Source: Capsulimonadales bacterium (GTDB taxonomy: Bacteria > Armatimonadota > Armatimonadia > Armatimonadales > Armatimonadaceae). Taken from it: 64,000 nucleotides of DNA. The position numbers were made by a program, and so were the translations under genes. Each line of letters opens with the position of its first letter. Position 1 is the stretch's first letter. The notes beneath the pieces are model-generated. The model did not search any database, was not told where the DNA came from, and worked only from the letters and a program-made list of their open reading frames with translations. The stretch is from contig JANRLW010000014.1 in the NCBI GenBank assembly GCA_033762295.1, positions 1-64,000 on the forward strand, in the 5' to 3' direction. Below are positions 18,786 to 28,775 of this stretch, piece after piece.

Positions 18786-18974
18786 ACCGCATCGTTCCTC
18801 CCCCACTATTCTGGCACGCGACCCGTGGCGCGGGTTGCAACAGTCGGGTTTTTCATCGGGCACGGACGCCGAAAACGTGCAAAAACGCGCCGGAAATGTA
18901 CGGGGACAAACACCGGGGCCGCGTGTTACACTTCAGACACCTTTGGAAACCTTTGATTTCGCGAGGATAAACGT

Positions 18975-19796
18975 ATGCTCACCGACGAACAGGTGGCCTC
19001 GTTTCGGGAACGGGGCTTTCTCAATTACGGACCCGCGCTGACCGCCGCCGAGACGGCGGGGTTGAAGGAGGCGCTGGAGCGCACTCTGGCGGGGAAAAGC
19101 GCGGCGCAGCCGGAACGGATCACCAACCTCAGCGCGGGGATGGGCGAGGAGAACGTCGTCATCCAGATCGTGAATATGTGGGAGGCGGAACCGGCCTTTC
19201 GGCAGCACCTGTATAACGACCGGATCGTCCCGATGGTGGCGCAATTGATCGGCACGGACACCGTCCGCGTCTGGCACGACCAGGTGCAGGTCAAACCGCC
19301 GAAGACCGGCGGGCCGACGATCTGGCATCAGGATCATCCTTACTGGCCGGTGATTCAGCCGGCGGATCTGGTATCGGCATGGGTGGCGATCGAGGATGCG
19401 ACGATCGGAAACGGGTGTATGTGGATGGTTCCGGGCAGCCATCGGTGGGGACCGCATCGTGACGGCACCGTGGGCAGCGACCCGGAGACCTGGGGTCCGA
19501 CCCCCGACCGGTCCCTGGTTCCGGAAGACGCGGACCTGACGCCGGTCGCTTGCGAGGTACCGGCGGGAAGCGTCGTCTTCCATCATTGCCTGACCTGGCA
19601 TGGCGCGCCGCCGAACCGTTCGGAAAGGAACCGACCGGCGATCGCGGTACACTACATGCCGGGCTGGACACGGTACGAACCGAGCGGCCGGAGCCATCTG
19701 GTGGAATACCATATTCAGGTGAAGCCGGGGGAAACGCTGGTCGGCGACCACTTCCCGACGGTGATGGAAAACGGCGTCCTCCGGCAGCCGGAGTAG
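18975..19796 (+). CDS. Phytanoyl-CoA dioxygenase (PhyH) family Fe(II)/2OG enzyme
   Basis: WHQD, NGCMWMVPGSH, distal HG and R motifs. Confidence 0.9.
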   Translation: MLTDEQVASFRERGFLNYGPALTAAETAGLKEALERTLAGKSAAQPERITNLSAGMGEENVVIQIVNMWEAEPAFRQHLYNDRIVPMVAQLIGTDTVRVWHDQVQVKPPKTGGPTIWHQDHPYWPVIQPADLVSAWVAIEDATIGNGCMWMVPGSHRWGPHRDGTVGSDPETWGPTPDRSLVPEDADLTPVACEVPAGSVVFHHCLTWHGAPPNRSERNRPAIAVHYMPGWTRYEPSGRSHLVEYHIQVKPGETLVGDHFPTVMENGVLRQPE

Positions 19797-19856
19797 CAGG
19801 ACACCGGACCGACGACGGCAAACAACCTCCGTGTAAGTAACGACGAAGGGGCAGCG

Positions 19857-20642
19857 ATGAGCGATTTCGAGTACAAACAGAAGACCTTTGCGCAGGATGA
19901 CATCGAGGGCATGACGAAGGCGATGCATGAGGACGGCTTTGCGCTCTGTCCGGGCGTTCTGAACGCGGCGGAAGTGCAGGCGGTGCGAGACGCGATCGAC
20001 CGTCTTCAGCCGTTCGGCTTTGACCGTCTGGGCGTCACCGACCATTTCAAGTGCGTCTTCAACCGGGACAAGGTGTTCCTGGACCTGATCGATCGGGAGC
20101 CGACCGTGACACTGGCCGAGGCGACGATGGGGGAACAGTGTCATATCATCGGTGAGTCGGCGTGGCGTTCCTATCCGGGTCACAACGGCTGGGGGCCGCA
20201 CACGGACCGCCTGTTCGTTCAGTTTCCGGAGGAGATCGTGGACGATCCGCGGTTCAAGCTGCCGATCTACCAGTGTACGGCTCACTACTATCTGGACGAC
20301 CTGACTTTGGATCTGGCGCCGACCTGGGTGATTCCGGGCAGTCATCGTTCCGGTCGTCCGGTTCCGCCGGGCGGCGACCCGGAGTGGAACGGCCGGAAGC
20401 TCGAGCCGGTGCTGTGCAAGGCGGGCGACATGCTGTTTTTCCGCTCCGAGATATGGCACACCGGGAGCAAGAACACGTCGGATCGAACCCGGTATCTGCT
20501 CCAGGTGCACTATTCACACCGGTACATCACTCAGCAGTTTTCGCCCTATCTGCGGTTCCAGTTCGCGCCCCATATTCTGGAGATCGCGAACCCGCGTCAG
20601 CGGAAGCTGCTGGGCGACCATCCGCCGACCGCCTACGACTGA
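19857..20642 (+). CDS. PhyH-family Fe(II)/2OG dioxygenase
   Basis: HTD, PTWVIPGSH, WHTG..N.S..TR motifs. Confidence 0.9.
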   Translation: MSDFEYKQKTFAQDDIEGMTKAMHEDGFALCPGVLNAAEVQAVRDAIDRLQPFGFDRLGVTDHFKCVFNRDKVFLDLIDREPTVTLAEATMGEQCHIIGESAWRSYPGHNGWGPHTDRLFVQFPEEIVDDPRFKLPIYQCTAHYYLDDLTLDLAPTWVIPGSHRSGRPVPPGGDPEWNGRKLEPVLCKAGDMLFFRSEIWHTGSKNTSDRTRYLLQVHYSHRYITQQFSPYLRFQFAPHILEIANPRQRKLLGDHPPTAYD

Positions 20643-20660
20643 TCGGGCGCTACGAAAAGC

Positions 20661-20740
20661 CGGTCGGAGTCGCTCAGAGTCGCTCAAAGTCGATCGATTG
20701 CGATCGAAAGGGATCGCAATCGATCGCAATCGATCAGAAT
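20661..20740. repeat. Degenerate 10-bp tandem array (8 units) with embedded hairpin
   Basis: cggtcggagt cgctcagagt cgctcaaagt cgatcgattg cgatcgaaag ggatcgcaat cgatcgcaat cgatcagaat. Confidence 0.75.
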
Positions 20741-21066
20741 GGGTGCTTGTGACGGAACGCCTTTTCGTCCGGGACATGATCCCAGACGTGTCGTTCCTCC
20801 GGGGTCAGGCTCCGAATTGAGATATCCGGTTCTCCGGTCCCGAGCAGAAGCTCGGCGATTCGGAAGGCGAGATAGAGCATGGCAGCCAGCGCTATCCCTT
20901 TCAGCAGAATGACGACGGCCGGTTGGAGACAGCGCACCGGATCGATGGCGAGCGAGTGGCTGATGACGGCGATCGGCGGGTCGGCGGCGAAAACACTTTT
21001 GCTGAGGCCGGTACAAACGACGGTCAAAACGGCGGCGATCAACTGACGGAACGGGTTCTTTTTCAT
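20734..21066 (-). CDS. Small hypothetical membrane protein
   Basis: Signal-peptide-like N-terminus (MKKNPFRQLIAAV...VFA) plus one TM helix; fills an otherwise empty gap. Confidence 0.5.
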   Translation of the reverse strand: MKKNPFRQLIAAVLTVVCTGLSKSVFAADPPIAVISHSLAIDPVRCLQPAVVILLKGIALAAMLYLAFRIAELLLGTGEPDISIRSLTPEERHVWDHVPDEKAFRHKHPF

Positions 21067-21199
21067 AACGCGATTACCTGGCAACCGATCCGGGGAGGAT
21101 AGGCTAATCTCCTGTTCGTCGTTACTTTATCCGGTCCTTCGTCTGATCTTTACTGTTATGGTTACTGTTTTTCCTATTTAAACAGAGAGAATTTTCTGT

Positions 21200-21246
21200 C
21201 AGAGCGAACGAAAGCCCGGAGAAATTCCGGGCTTTCGTTCGCTCTG
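21200..21246. terminator. 21-bp perfect inverted repeat downstream of the dinB-like gene
   Basis: CAGAGCGAACGAAAGCCCGGA-gaaat-TCCGGGCTTTCGTTCGCTCTG. Confidence 0.7.
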
Positions 21247-21265
21247 TCAATCCGGTGACGAATCT

Positions 21266-21739
21266 TCACCAGTGGTTTTCGGCGTCGCCGTACAGCATCT
21301 GGATATACGCGAGCTGGCCGTCGTGGTATGCCATATGGCTCGCCGGCAGACTGGCGACGCCGAACCGGTCGGAGGACCGGGTGGGAAAGAAGGCGGCCGG
21401 TTCACCGTACGTCGCCGGGTCCGTGGCCTCCAGCGCCCGGATCAGCCGGGTGGTTTCCTTTGAAAGAAACTCGCGTGCCCCGGTCCTGGTGTCATAGGAG
21501 GCGAGCAGCGCTTCCCGCTCCTCTCGTCCGGGGAAGTTAACAGTCCCGGTCTCCAGGAACGTCGCCACCAGTCCGTTGACGACGGCGCATTCGGCGACGA
21601 TATGGACGGCGGAACGGGCGCAGCCGCCGGGACACTGGTTCTCGCGGTCGTCGGGAATGGCGTTAAAGTTGTTCATCAGGCGCGCGGCCGTGCGTTCGGT
21701 ACTCTCGATCAGATATCGTTTCGGGTCAAATTCCGGCAT
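21266..21739 (-). CDS. DinB/YfiT-superfamily protein
   Basis: HIVAEC and HMAYHDGQL metal-binding motifs; AAGGA RBS. Confidence 0.8.
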   Translation of the reverse strand: MPEFDPKRYLIESTERTAARLMNNFNAIPDDRENQCPGGCARSAVHIVAECAVVNGLVATFLETGTVNFPGREEREALLASYDTRTGAREFLSKETTRLIRALEATDPATYGEPAAFFPTRSSDRFGVASLPASHMAYHDGQLAYIQMLYGDAENHW

Positions 21740-21885
21740 GGTGTTTCCTTTCCTTTCGATCGATGCCTTCACCGGTAACGTTCGCCGTCGGTCACCCGAT
21801 TTCCGTGAAGTACTGCGGTCACCGGCAGGTTTTGTCGGAACGGTTCCCTCCCCGTGCCTGCCGCCCGTGCGCGTATAATGCAGAA

Positions 21886-23322
21886 ATGAAACTCTTCGGA
21901 ATTCGTGCCGTCGACGCGGAGACCGGACGCGGCGTTCCGCTGACCGAACTGGAAACGACGGATCGTGCGGTCACTGTCACGGACAGTAACGGATGGGCGG
22001 CGATTACGGACCCGGCTCTGATGGATCGGGAGGTCTGGTTCTCCGTCCGTAGCCAGGGATACGCTTTTCCGAAGGACGGGTTCGGTTTTTCGGGCTTGCG
22101 TCTCAAAGTGACCGACGGCGGGCGGACGGTAGTGAAGTTGCGTCGGGTCAACATCGCCGAGCGTTTATGTCGTCTGACCGGCGGGGGTATCTATTCCGAC
22201 AGCGTCCTCCTTGGCGAATCGACGCCGCTTCGCGATCCTCTGCGCCCCGGCAGCGTGTTCGGCCAGGATTCGGCGATGGCCCTCCCCTTTCGTGGTCGTC
22301 TCCTCTGGTTCTGGGGCGACACCAACCGGATCGAGTACCCCCTCGGCAACTTCCGCACCTCCGGCGCGGTGGCGACCTTTCCGGCGGGCGAGACGACGGC
22401 GGAACGCGGGCTGGACTTTGCCTATTTTACGGGCGAGGACGGATTCGCACGGGCCCTCTGTCCGACCGATCAACCGGGTCCGGTCTGGATCTCCGGGCTG
22501 ACGACGCTTCGGGAGGGGAACGAGGAGATGTTGCTGGCGCACTATGCTCGAATGAAGGATCTGGGAACGCGCCGGGAACATGGTTACGTTCTCTGGGACG
22601 ACGTACGCAATGTCTTCCGTTTCACGAACAAACTGTCTCTGTCCGAAACCTGGCGGTTCCTCGACGGGCATCCGATCTCTTGGACGGAAAACGGGATCGG
22701 CTACCGCGCGGGCGGTTTTTGCTTCCCGCACGTTCGCGTCCCGGCCCGACGGACGGCGGTGCTACAGCCTTCCGCGTACGAAGGGTTCACCTGCCTGACG
22801 GCGGACGGCAGGGTACGGCGCGACGGTCGCGGGCGAGCCGTGTACGGGTGGCAGAAAGTCGCGCCCCCGCTCACGGCACGGACGGAGGCGGGCTTGCTGA
22901 AGGCGAAACAGCTTCGCCCGGAGGAGGTGCGCTTTCTGCCGAGGGACTCCGCCGGAGGGGTTGTCGTGACGCACGGCGGTTCGGTCACCTGGAACCCCTG
23001 GCGTCGACGCTGGATTTTGATCGCGACACAGTACTTCGGCAAATCGTCCCCGCTCGGTGAGATATGGTACTCCGAGGCAGATTCCCCGATCGGTCCCTGG
23101 CGTCGGGCGGTGAAGATCGTGACGCACGAACGGTTCACCTTCTACAACCCGGTGCATCACCCGTTTCTCGATACGGACGGCGGACGCCGGATCTTCTTTG
23201 AGGGAACGTATACGCAGACGTTTTCCAGCGCTCCGTCGCCGACGCCGCGTTACGACTACAACCAGATCCTGTACCGACTCGACCTTGCCGACCCGCGCCT
23301 CCGTTTCGCACAAACGGCATGA
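21886..23322 (+). CDS. Hypothetical protein (N-terminal carboxypeptidase-regulatory-like domain plus beta-propeller-like domain)
   Basis: Long ORF; VDAETGRGVP N-terminus; WFWGDT, GEIWY and FFEGTY Trp/Gly-rich strands. Confidence 0.6.
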   Translation: MKLFGIRAVDAETGRGVPLTELETTDRAVTVTDSNGWAAITDPALMDREVWFSVRSQGYAFPKDGFGFSGLRLKVTDGGRTVVKLRRVNIAERLCRLTGGGIYSDSVLLGESTPLRDPLRPGSVFGQDSAMALPFRGRLLWFWGDTNRIEYPLGNFRTSGAVATFPAGETTAERGLDFAYFTGEDGFARALCPTDQPGPVWISGLTTLREGNEEMLLAHYARMKDLGTRREHGYVLWDDVRNVFRFTNKLSLSETWRFLDGHPISWTENGIGYRAGGFCFPHVRVPARRTAVLQPSAYEGFTCLTADGRVRRDGRGRAVYGWQKVAPPLTARTEAGLLKAKQLRPEEVRFLPRDSAGGVVVTHGGSVTWNPWRRRWILIATQYFGKSSPLGEIWYSEADSPIGPWRRAVKIVTHERFTFYNPVHHPFLDTDGGRRIFFEGTYTQTFSSAPSPTPRYDYNQILYRLDLADPRLRFAQTA

Positions 23323-23372
23323 GCGGAGATATCGGAACGGATGTCGCCCGGAGCGTTTATCATTCCGGGCGA

Positions 23373-23388
23373 TGTTTCACGTGAAACT
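23373..23388. promoter_or_regulatory. parS site
   Basis: TGTTTCACGTGAAACT vs consensus TGTTTCACGTGAAACA. Confidence 0.85.
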
Positions 23389-23389
23389 C

Positions 23390-23842
23390 TTACAGCGGTT
23401 TTTCGTCCGGGCGGGCGATGTGCTGGAAGAACTCGAGCACTTCGCCGTCCGGGCCGAGGAAGAAGCCGACGCGGATGGTTTTGGTGCCGACCTCGACCGT
23501 CTTCGGCTCAATGGTGATCGGGCAGCCAAGAGCGCGTACGGTCTCGATATCGGCATCGACATCGGACGACCGCATCGCCAGATGGAAGTACGGCCATGCC
23601 GGGGGAACCTCGCCCCCTTCCGGCGGGGTCTGGCCGGGCTTGCTGGCAAACAGTTCGAGGTAGTTTCCGTCCCCCATATCGAGAAGAGCGATACGCCCCT
23701 CCCCCTCTCCCCACTGGTGGGCGAGGACGAATCCGAGACCGTCCGTGTAGAAGGCGAACGAACGGTCGAAGTCGCGGGCGCGCAGAGCGATATGGTGGTA
23801 ACCACCGGTGCTCAGGCGGACATTGGTCGATGTTTCGGGCAT
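23390..23842 (-). CDS. VOC/glyoxalase-family protein
   Basis: HHIALR..DFDRSFAFY..GLG, HLA, GPDGEVLEF. Confidence 0.9.
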   Translation of the reverse strand: MPETSTNVRLSTGGYHHIALRARDFDRSFAFYTDGLGFVLAHQWGEGEGRIALLDMGDGNYLELFASKPGQTPPEGGEVPPAWPYFHLAMRSSDVDADIETVRALGCPITIEPKTVEVGTKTIRVGFFLGPDGEVLEFFQHIARPDEKPL

Positions 23843-23866
23843 GGTTCCTCCGGAATGGTGTGCGGA

Positions 23867-24379
23867 TCAGGTTCCGCTGTAGGATGTCGGCTGTAGTGAG
23901 AGAAAGGTCCGAACTTTGGTCGTGTCGGGCGTTTCCAGGTTGGTGTCGAGAACGATCGGGACGGGTGTACGCGGCGGCAGGGTCAGGTTGATTCGGAAGG
24001 TCCGGTCGCCGCCGATCGCCAGCCTTTGATCGCGCCGGGCCTCCTTGCGCAGCAGACGGACCGCCAGACGGCCCGTCATCGGCTCGTCCGTACGATTCTC
24101 CAGTCGGGCGCACAGCAGGCCGTCCGGTCCCCAGACGACGTTGGATACCGCGACATAGCGCAGTTTCTCGGCAGGCAGCGCCTCGACATAGGGATCGTCG
24201 GCAATCCGAGTCCAGACGTCCCCGTTGCGCATCTCGACTTTCCCGGTGAGTTTATGCTGGCGGACGGCATAATCGCCGACGGAGAGTGTTCGCCAGGGGG
24301 CGGCGACGAGAAATGCTCCGTACCCGACGACGATCATCGCCGGAACGGCGAGGAACCGGAGCAGGACGCCGATGTTCAT
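23867..24379 (-). CDS. Hypothetical membrane-anchored protein
   Basis: ATG overlaps the ygfZ stop (ATGA); N-terminal TM helix MNIGVLLRFLAVPAMIVVGYGAF. Confidence 0.65.
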   Translation of the reverse strand: MNIGVLLRFLAVPAMIVVGYGAFLVAAPWRTLSVGDYAVRQHKLTGKVEMRNGDVWTRIADDPYVEALPAEKLRYVAVSNVVWGPDGLLCARLENRTDEPMTGRLAVRLLRKEARRDQRLAIGGDRTFRINLTLPPRTPVPIVLDTNLETPDTTKVRTFLSLQPTSYSGT

Positions 24380-25320
24380 CCGGTGGAATCCCCGACCGTC
24401 AACGGGAGCGATACGACCCGCGCGGCGGCGTCGCCCACCGTGACGACCGTTCCGGGCGTTCGATGTTCGTGGCGAAGGTAACCGAGAGCGATCGGGCTCC
24501 CGGTGCGCGGGCCAACGGCGGCGGACGTGATCCGTCCGATCTCTTTTCCGTCGAGCGTGACCGGGGCGCCGGACGCGGGCAGGTCGGAACGATCGAGCCG
24601 GAATCCGGTCAGTTCCCGGTTGGTATGGCCGCGCGCGTCGATCCGGGCGACGATCTCCTGGCCGATGTAGCACCCTTTCCGGTAGTGGATCGCTCGTTCC
24701 CGCAGCCCGGTCTCGGGGGCGAGGACTCGCAGGTCGAAGTCGACGCCGAACCGCGGGATTCCGGCCTCGATCCGCAGCGCGTCCACCAGGGACGGTTCTA
24801 CGGGAACGGAGCCGACGGATTCGAGACGGGCCAGAGCGGCGTCGAACTCCGAGGCGGGCAGATAGAGGTCGAAACCGGGGAGTCCAGTCAGGATGGTGAC
24901 GGCGGCGCAGGTATCGCTCCCGATCTCACGGTTCGTTCCTTCGGCCATTTCGCCGGCGAACGACGGAAACAAATCGGCCGCTTTGCGCCCGCCGACATGT
25001 ATCTGACGGAGTTCGGCGGTGGCATCGTGGATTTTGACCCGCTCCATGATCAGGTACTTTTCGAGGGTTTCGGCGACGATCGTCGCCATTCCGGGCTCGA
25101 GATCGGCGAGCAGATGATCGCTCCGGCACAGGAGGCGCAGGTCGGCGAGGACATGGCCGGTGGCATCGAGCAGGAAAGCGTAACGGCCGCTGCCGGGCGC
25201 GAGCGACGCGACGTCATTGGTCAGCAGGGCATGGAGAAATCCCTGCCGGTCGCGGCCGCCGAACTTCAGGCGGCCCCGGTCGGAGCGGTCGATATGGAAC
25301 AGGTCCGGTAGTTCGGTCAT
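24376..25320 (-). CDS. ygfZ: YgfZ/GcvT-like folate-binding protein
   Basis: KGCYIGQE signature, RIEAG.P. Confidence 0.9.
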   Translation of the reverse strand: MTELPDLFHIDRSDRGRLKFGGRDRQGFLHALLTNDVASLAPGSGRYAFLLDATGHVLADLRLLCRSDHLLADLEPGMATIVAETLEKYLIMERVKIHDATAELRQIHVGGRKAADLFPSFAGEMAEGTNREIGSDTCAAVTILTGLPGFDLYLPASEFDAALARLESVGSVPVEPSLVDALRIEAGIPRFGVDFDLRVLAPETGLRERAIHYRKGCYIGQEIVARIDARGHTNRELTGFRLDRSDLPASGAPVTLDGKEIGRITSAAVGPRTGSPIALGYLRHEHRTPGTVVTVGDAAARVVSLPLTVGDSTG

Positions 25321-26153
25321 CGGTCCTCGGCCTCAAATCGGGTCACGGGTTCTGCGGCACGGGTCGGGTCAATCCGGCGGGCGTCGACGTAGCCCGGGGA
25401 GTAACGTTCGTCGCCCCATTCGGTCACGAGGACGCCAGCGCCTCCTGCCGAGTGTATAAACGTATTTCCGGCCAGATGCATTCCCACATGCGTGATCCGG
25501 TCGGGCTTTCCGAAGAAGACGAGGTCGCCGGGCTTAAGATGCTCTTGTTTCACGTGAAACCAACGCGGGTCATCCCTTTGTATGTCCGCATCACGGCGCA
25601 GGAGAACGCCGACCAGACGGTAACAGAGTTGAACAAACCCGGAGCAGTCGAGGCCGAACGACGACGAACCTCCCCAGAGGTAGGGCGTCCCCAGAAAATC
25701 CGGGCCCCATTCCGCCGCCGCCACGCCGAGACGATCGACGGGTTCGTTCGACAGGGGGGTCAGCGCCGTCTGCGGCAGCCAGCCATCGGTCCGTCCGTCG
25801 GGCAGGAGGACACGGACAAAGCCGTCCTTCCGCTCCCCCGTCCGGTAGACCCCGCAGAGAATCGGCAGACGCATCCGCAGCGGCGCGGTTTCCGAAGGGG
25901 CCGTCCGCAACTCGGAAAAGACGACCGTCGTTTCGGTCAGCGGCATCTCCCCCATCGGTCTGAGCCATCGCTGGTCCGCCCAGCCCCGATAGGTATCGTC
26001 GCCCTCCACCCAAACCCACCCGGCCTCCTCGCGAAGGACCGACAGGACGCGCCCCATGAGCGTCTGTGAAACCAGCTCGGAATCGTTCGTCGGACGGGCG
26101 CGGAGGTGAACGACATTATGGGCGACGATGCAACGACGGAGATTCGAACTCAT
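25317..26153 (-). CDS. SH3 plus NlpC/P60 (C40) peptidase, YkfC-like
   Basis: GTPYLWGG, DCSGF, RDA..Q, THVG, FIHS. Confidence 0.92.
   Translation of the reverse strand: MSSNLRRCIVAHNVVHLRARPTNDSELVSQTLMGRVLSVLREEAGWVWVEGDDTYRGWADQRWLRPMGEMPLTETTVVFSELRTAPSETAPLRMRLPILCGVYRTGERKDGFVRVLLPDGRTDGWLPQTALTPLSNEPVDRLGVAAAEWGPDFLGTPYLWGGSSSFGLDCSGFVQLCYRLVGVLLRRDADIQRDDPRWFHVKQEHLKPGDLVFFGKPDRITHVGMHLAGNTFIHSAGGAGVLVTEWGDERYSPGYVDARRIDPTRAAEPVTRFEAEDR
25546..25561. promoter_or_regulatory. parS site (inside the NlpC/P60 CDS)
   Basis: TGTTTCACGTGAAACC. Confidence 0.8.
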
Positions 26154-26256
26154 ATCGGTATTTTACCGTACCGTCGACGACGATGGCGGTACCTGACGTC
26201 TTCCGGAATCTTCCGAAGCGGCAATTCCGAACGGTCGACGGGACGAAAGGAACCCT

Positions 26257-26271
26257 TGGCACGAAACTTGC
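26257..26271 (+). promoter_or_regulatory. sigma54 (-24/-12) promoter
   Basis: TGGCACG-AAAC-TTGC, exact consensus, intergenic. Confidence 0.75.
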
Positions 26272-26281
26272 GTCTTATGGG

Positions 26282-26395
26282 ATGGAACCTTGTGAAAGCG
26301 TCCTGGGTCAGCAACCCGTCAATGCCGACGAAGCTGTGTACCGGGAGACGCAGTTGCATCTCGAAGCAGAGGTGACACACCTACCGAAACGGTGA
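26282..26395 (+). CDS. Putative 37-aa leaderless small ORF (or sRNA) under the sigma54 promoter
   Basis: ATG about 11 nt after the -12 GC; MEPCESVLGQQPVNADEAVYRETQLHLEAEVTHLPKR. Confidence 0.35.
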   Translation: MEPCESVLGQQPVNADEAVYRETQLHLEAEVTHLPKR

Positions 26396-26542
26396 TCCGA
26401 CACCGGGCGCGAGGCGTGCCGATCGGAGAAATATAGAGAAGCGGTGCGGGAACCATTCCCGATGGAAAGCTCCGTCGGTTCCCGTCCGTGGAAACGAACT
26501 CGTCGAGAGTTTAAAGGTTCGCCGCCGGGCGGAGTGTCCGGC

Positions 26543-26581
26543 AAAGAAAGGCGCGGGACCGAGGGTCCCGCGCCTTTCTTT
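26543..26581. terminator. Bidirectional intrinsic terminator
   Basis: AAAGAAAGGCGCGGGACC-gag-GGTCCCGCGCCTTTCTTT. Confidence 0.8.
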
Positions 26582-26603
26582 ATGACCGGATGACCGGGCG
26601 CGA

Positions 26604-28406
26604 TTACTCGCTTTCCCCCGCCATCGCCGCGATCTCCCGCGCAAACTTCTGCGCGACCACCTTCCGCTTCACTTTCAACGTCGGTGTCAGTTCGCCGCTG
26701 TCGACCGTGAAAGCGGTGTTCAAAATGGTGAACTTCCGAATCTTCTCAAAGTCGGCCAGTCCCCCGCTCTGCGCATCGATCTCCTGTTTGATCTTCTTGC
26801 GAACCTCGGGCCGTCGGAGAAGTTCCTCCTCCCCGTCGAACGACAGGTTTTCCGCTTTCGCCCACTCGGTGAGCCGTCCCTTGTTCGGAATGACCAGCGC
26901 GGTCACGATGCTCTGACGATCGCCGATCAGCACGATCTCCTCAATGAACGGCGACTGTTTGAGCGTGGATTCGATCGGCTGCGGGGCGACTTTTTTGCCG
27001 TTGTGCAGAACGAGCAGGTCCTTCTTGCGGTCGGTGATCTTGAGATAGCCTTCCTCGTCCAGATGGCCGACATCCCCCGTATGCAGCCAGCCGGTGGAAT
27101 CGATCATGTCGTGGGTCGCCTGATCGTTTCGCCAGTAGCCTTTCATGACGTTCGGTCCGCGGTACAGGATCTCTCCGTCCTCGGCGATTTTGATCTCGCC
27201 GCCCGGAATGCAGATGCCGACCGTTCCGAGTTTCAAACGGCGATTCGGGTTGATGGCGATGACCGGGGCGGTCTCGGTCATTCCGTAGCCCTCCACGATC
27301 GGGATTCCGATCGCTTCGAAGAACCGGGCGGTTTCGGCGTTCAGAGCCGCGCCACCGGAGACGAAGAAGCGAAGCGCGCCGCCGAATCGTTCGCGGATAT
27401 CGTGATAGACGAGTTTCTCGAACAGGGCGTGCTGCATCGCCAGCATCGGATTCATCATCCCGCCCCGTCGTTTTGCCTCGGCATACTCCTTGCCGGACTC
27501 CAGCGCTTTTCGGAAGCCCGCCTTCTTACCGGCGTCGAGTTTTTCCACCTGAGCCAGGATGCGTTCCTGCATCGCTTCATAGACTCGCGGCACACAGACC
27601 ATAATCGTCGGTTTGGTGGACGCCATGTCGTCGACGATGGTCCGGACTCCCTCGCAATAGGCGATGGCCGCCCCGGTTCGAAGCGGCAGGTAGTATCCCG
27701 GCACCCGTTCGAAGACGTGTGAGAGAGGGAGGAACGACAGGAACGTATCCTTCTCGTCGACCTTTTCTCCCTGACGCGCGAAGTGCTCGAGCGCATAGTC
27801 GACGTTGGTGACGATGTTTCGATGGGTCAGCATCGCGCCCTTGGGGTCGCCGGTTGTTCCGGAGGTGTAGACCAGGGATGCGACGTCGTCCGGCAGGACA
27901 TCCTTCCGCAGGTCGGAGAGCCGGTCCCCGAGCGGTTCGGCGGCTCCGCGTTCCAGGAGGGTCGCCCAGGTCACGACATCGGGGGAGTCCGCCGGGGTCT
28001 CGCCGTCGATCAGAACGATGTGCTCCAGTTCGGGCAGTTCGTGTCGCGATGCCATCGCTTTGGCCAGTTGCCGTGCATCGGACACCACGAACAGCTTGGC
28101 GGCGGCGTTCCGGACAATGAAGGCGACCTGAGGCGTGGGCAGGGTCGGGTACAGGGGAACGATGATGGCGCCCAGAGAGAGAGCGGCCAGATCGGTGATG
28201 GCCCATTCCGGCCGGTTTTCCGAGAGCAACGCCACCCGGTCGCCCTTACGGACGCCGAGAGCGGCGAAGGCGGAGGCGATGATTTCGACCCGGCGGTTGA
28301 GTTCCGCGTAGGAGATATCGTGCCACTGCTTGTTTTCCTTGTAGCGAAGAGCGGTCTTTGCTCCGTGTGCCGCCACGGTTTCCTGAAAAAGCGCGTTGAT
28401 GGTCAT
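26604..28406 (-). CDS. fadD: Long-chain fatty acid-CoA ligase (FadD15/AMP-dependent synthetase)
   Basis: YTSGTTGDPKG, LSFLPLSHVFER, EGYGMTE, WLHTGD, DRKKD, ELTPTLK. Confidence 0.92.
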   Translation of the reverse strand: MTINALFQETVAAHGAKTALRYKENKQWHDISYAELNRRVEIIASAFAALGVRKGDRVALLSENRPEWAITDLAALSLGAIIVPLYPTLPTPQVAFIVRNAAAKLFVVSDARQLAKAMASRHELPELEHIVLIDGETPADSPDVVTWATLLERGAAEPLGDRLSDLRKDVLPDDVASLVYTSGTTGDPKGAMLTHRNIVTNVDYALEHFARQGEKVDEKDTFLSFLPLSHVFERVPGYYLPLRTGAAIAYCEGVRTIVDDMASTKPTIMVCVPRVYEAMQERILAQVEKLDAGKKAGFRKALESGKEYAEAKRRGGMMNPMLAMQHALFEKLVYHDIRERFGGALRFFVSGGAALNAETARFFEAIGIPIVEGYGMTETAPVIAINPNRRLKLGTVGICIPGGEIKIAEDGEILYRGPNVMKGYWRNDQATHDMIDSTGWLHTGDVGHLDEEGYLKITDRKKDLLVLHNGKKVAPQPIESTLKQSPFIEEIVLIGDRQSIVTALVIPNKGRLTEWAKAENLSFDGEEELLRRPEVRKKIKQEIDAQSGGLADFEKIRKFTILNTAFTVDSGELTPTLKVKRKVVAQKFAREIAAMAGESE

Positions 28407-28451
28407 GTTGATTCCTGTGAGTTGTCGGCGTTGAGACTTCCCATATCTATT

Positions 28452-28634
28452 CTACCGCCGGCTTCCCGTCCGGAGCGCATGGCCGAAAGATCGAACGGCG
28501 AAGAAAGCCAACCGTGCCAACAAAAAGGTCGGAAGCAGGGCCAGTATCACCCGTATGCTCAACGAGTGCATCATCAGGGTGAATCGTTCCGGCAGATCGG
28601 GCGTAAACAGGTCGGTCATCATCGATTCGTTCAT
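28452..28634 (-). CDS. Putative small single-TM protein
   Basis: 60-aa ORF with a hydrophobic stretch; GGAGG upstream. Confidence 0.35.
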   Translation of the reverse strand: MNESMMTDLFTPDLPERFTLMMHSLSIRVILALLPTFLLARLAFFAVRSFGHALRTGSRR

Positions 28635-28775
28635 CTCAGGTCGGTCCTCCGGCGTCGTTGGGAATGGTTCCTACGGTTTCAGGATAGCGTATGATCGGCC
28701 GGGCGGGCGGAGCCACCGGTCCCATTTCGGGAAGAGCGCGGTCCCGAAGATTTTGGGACGTTCCCTTGCCGGGGC

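Noticed and set aside
20661..20740. CRISPR-like array
   Set aside because: Units are 10 bp with no spacers, and there are no cas genes
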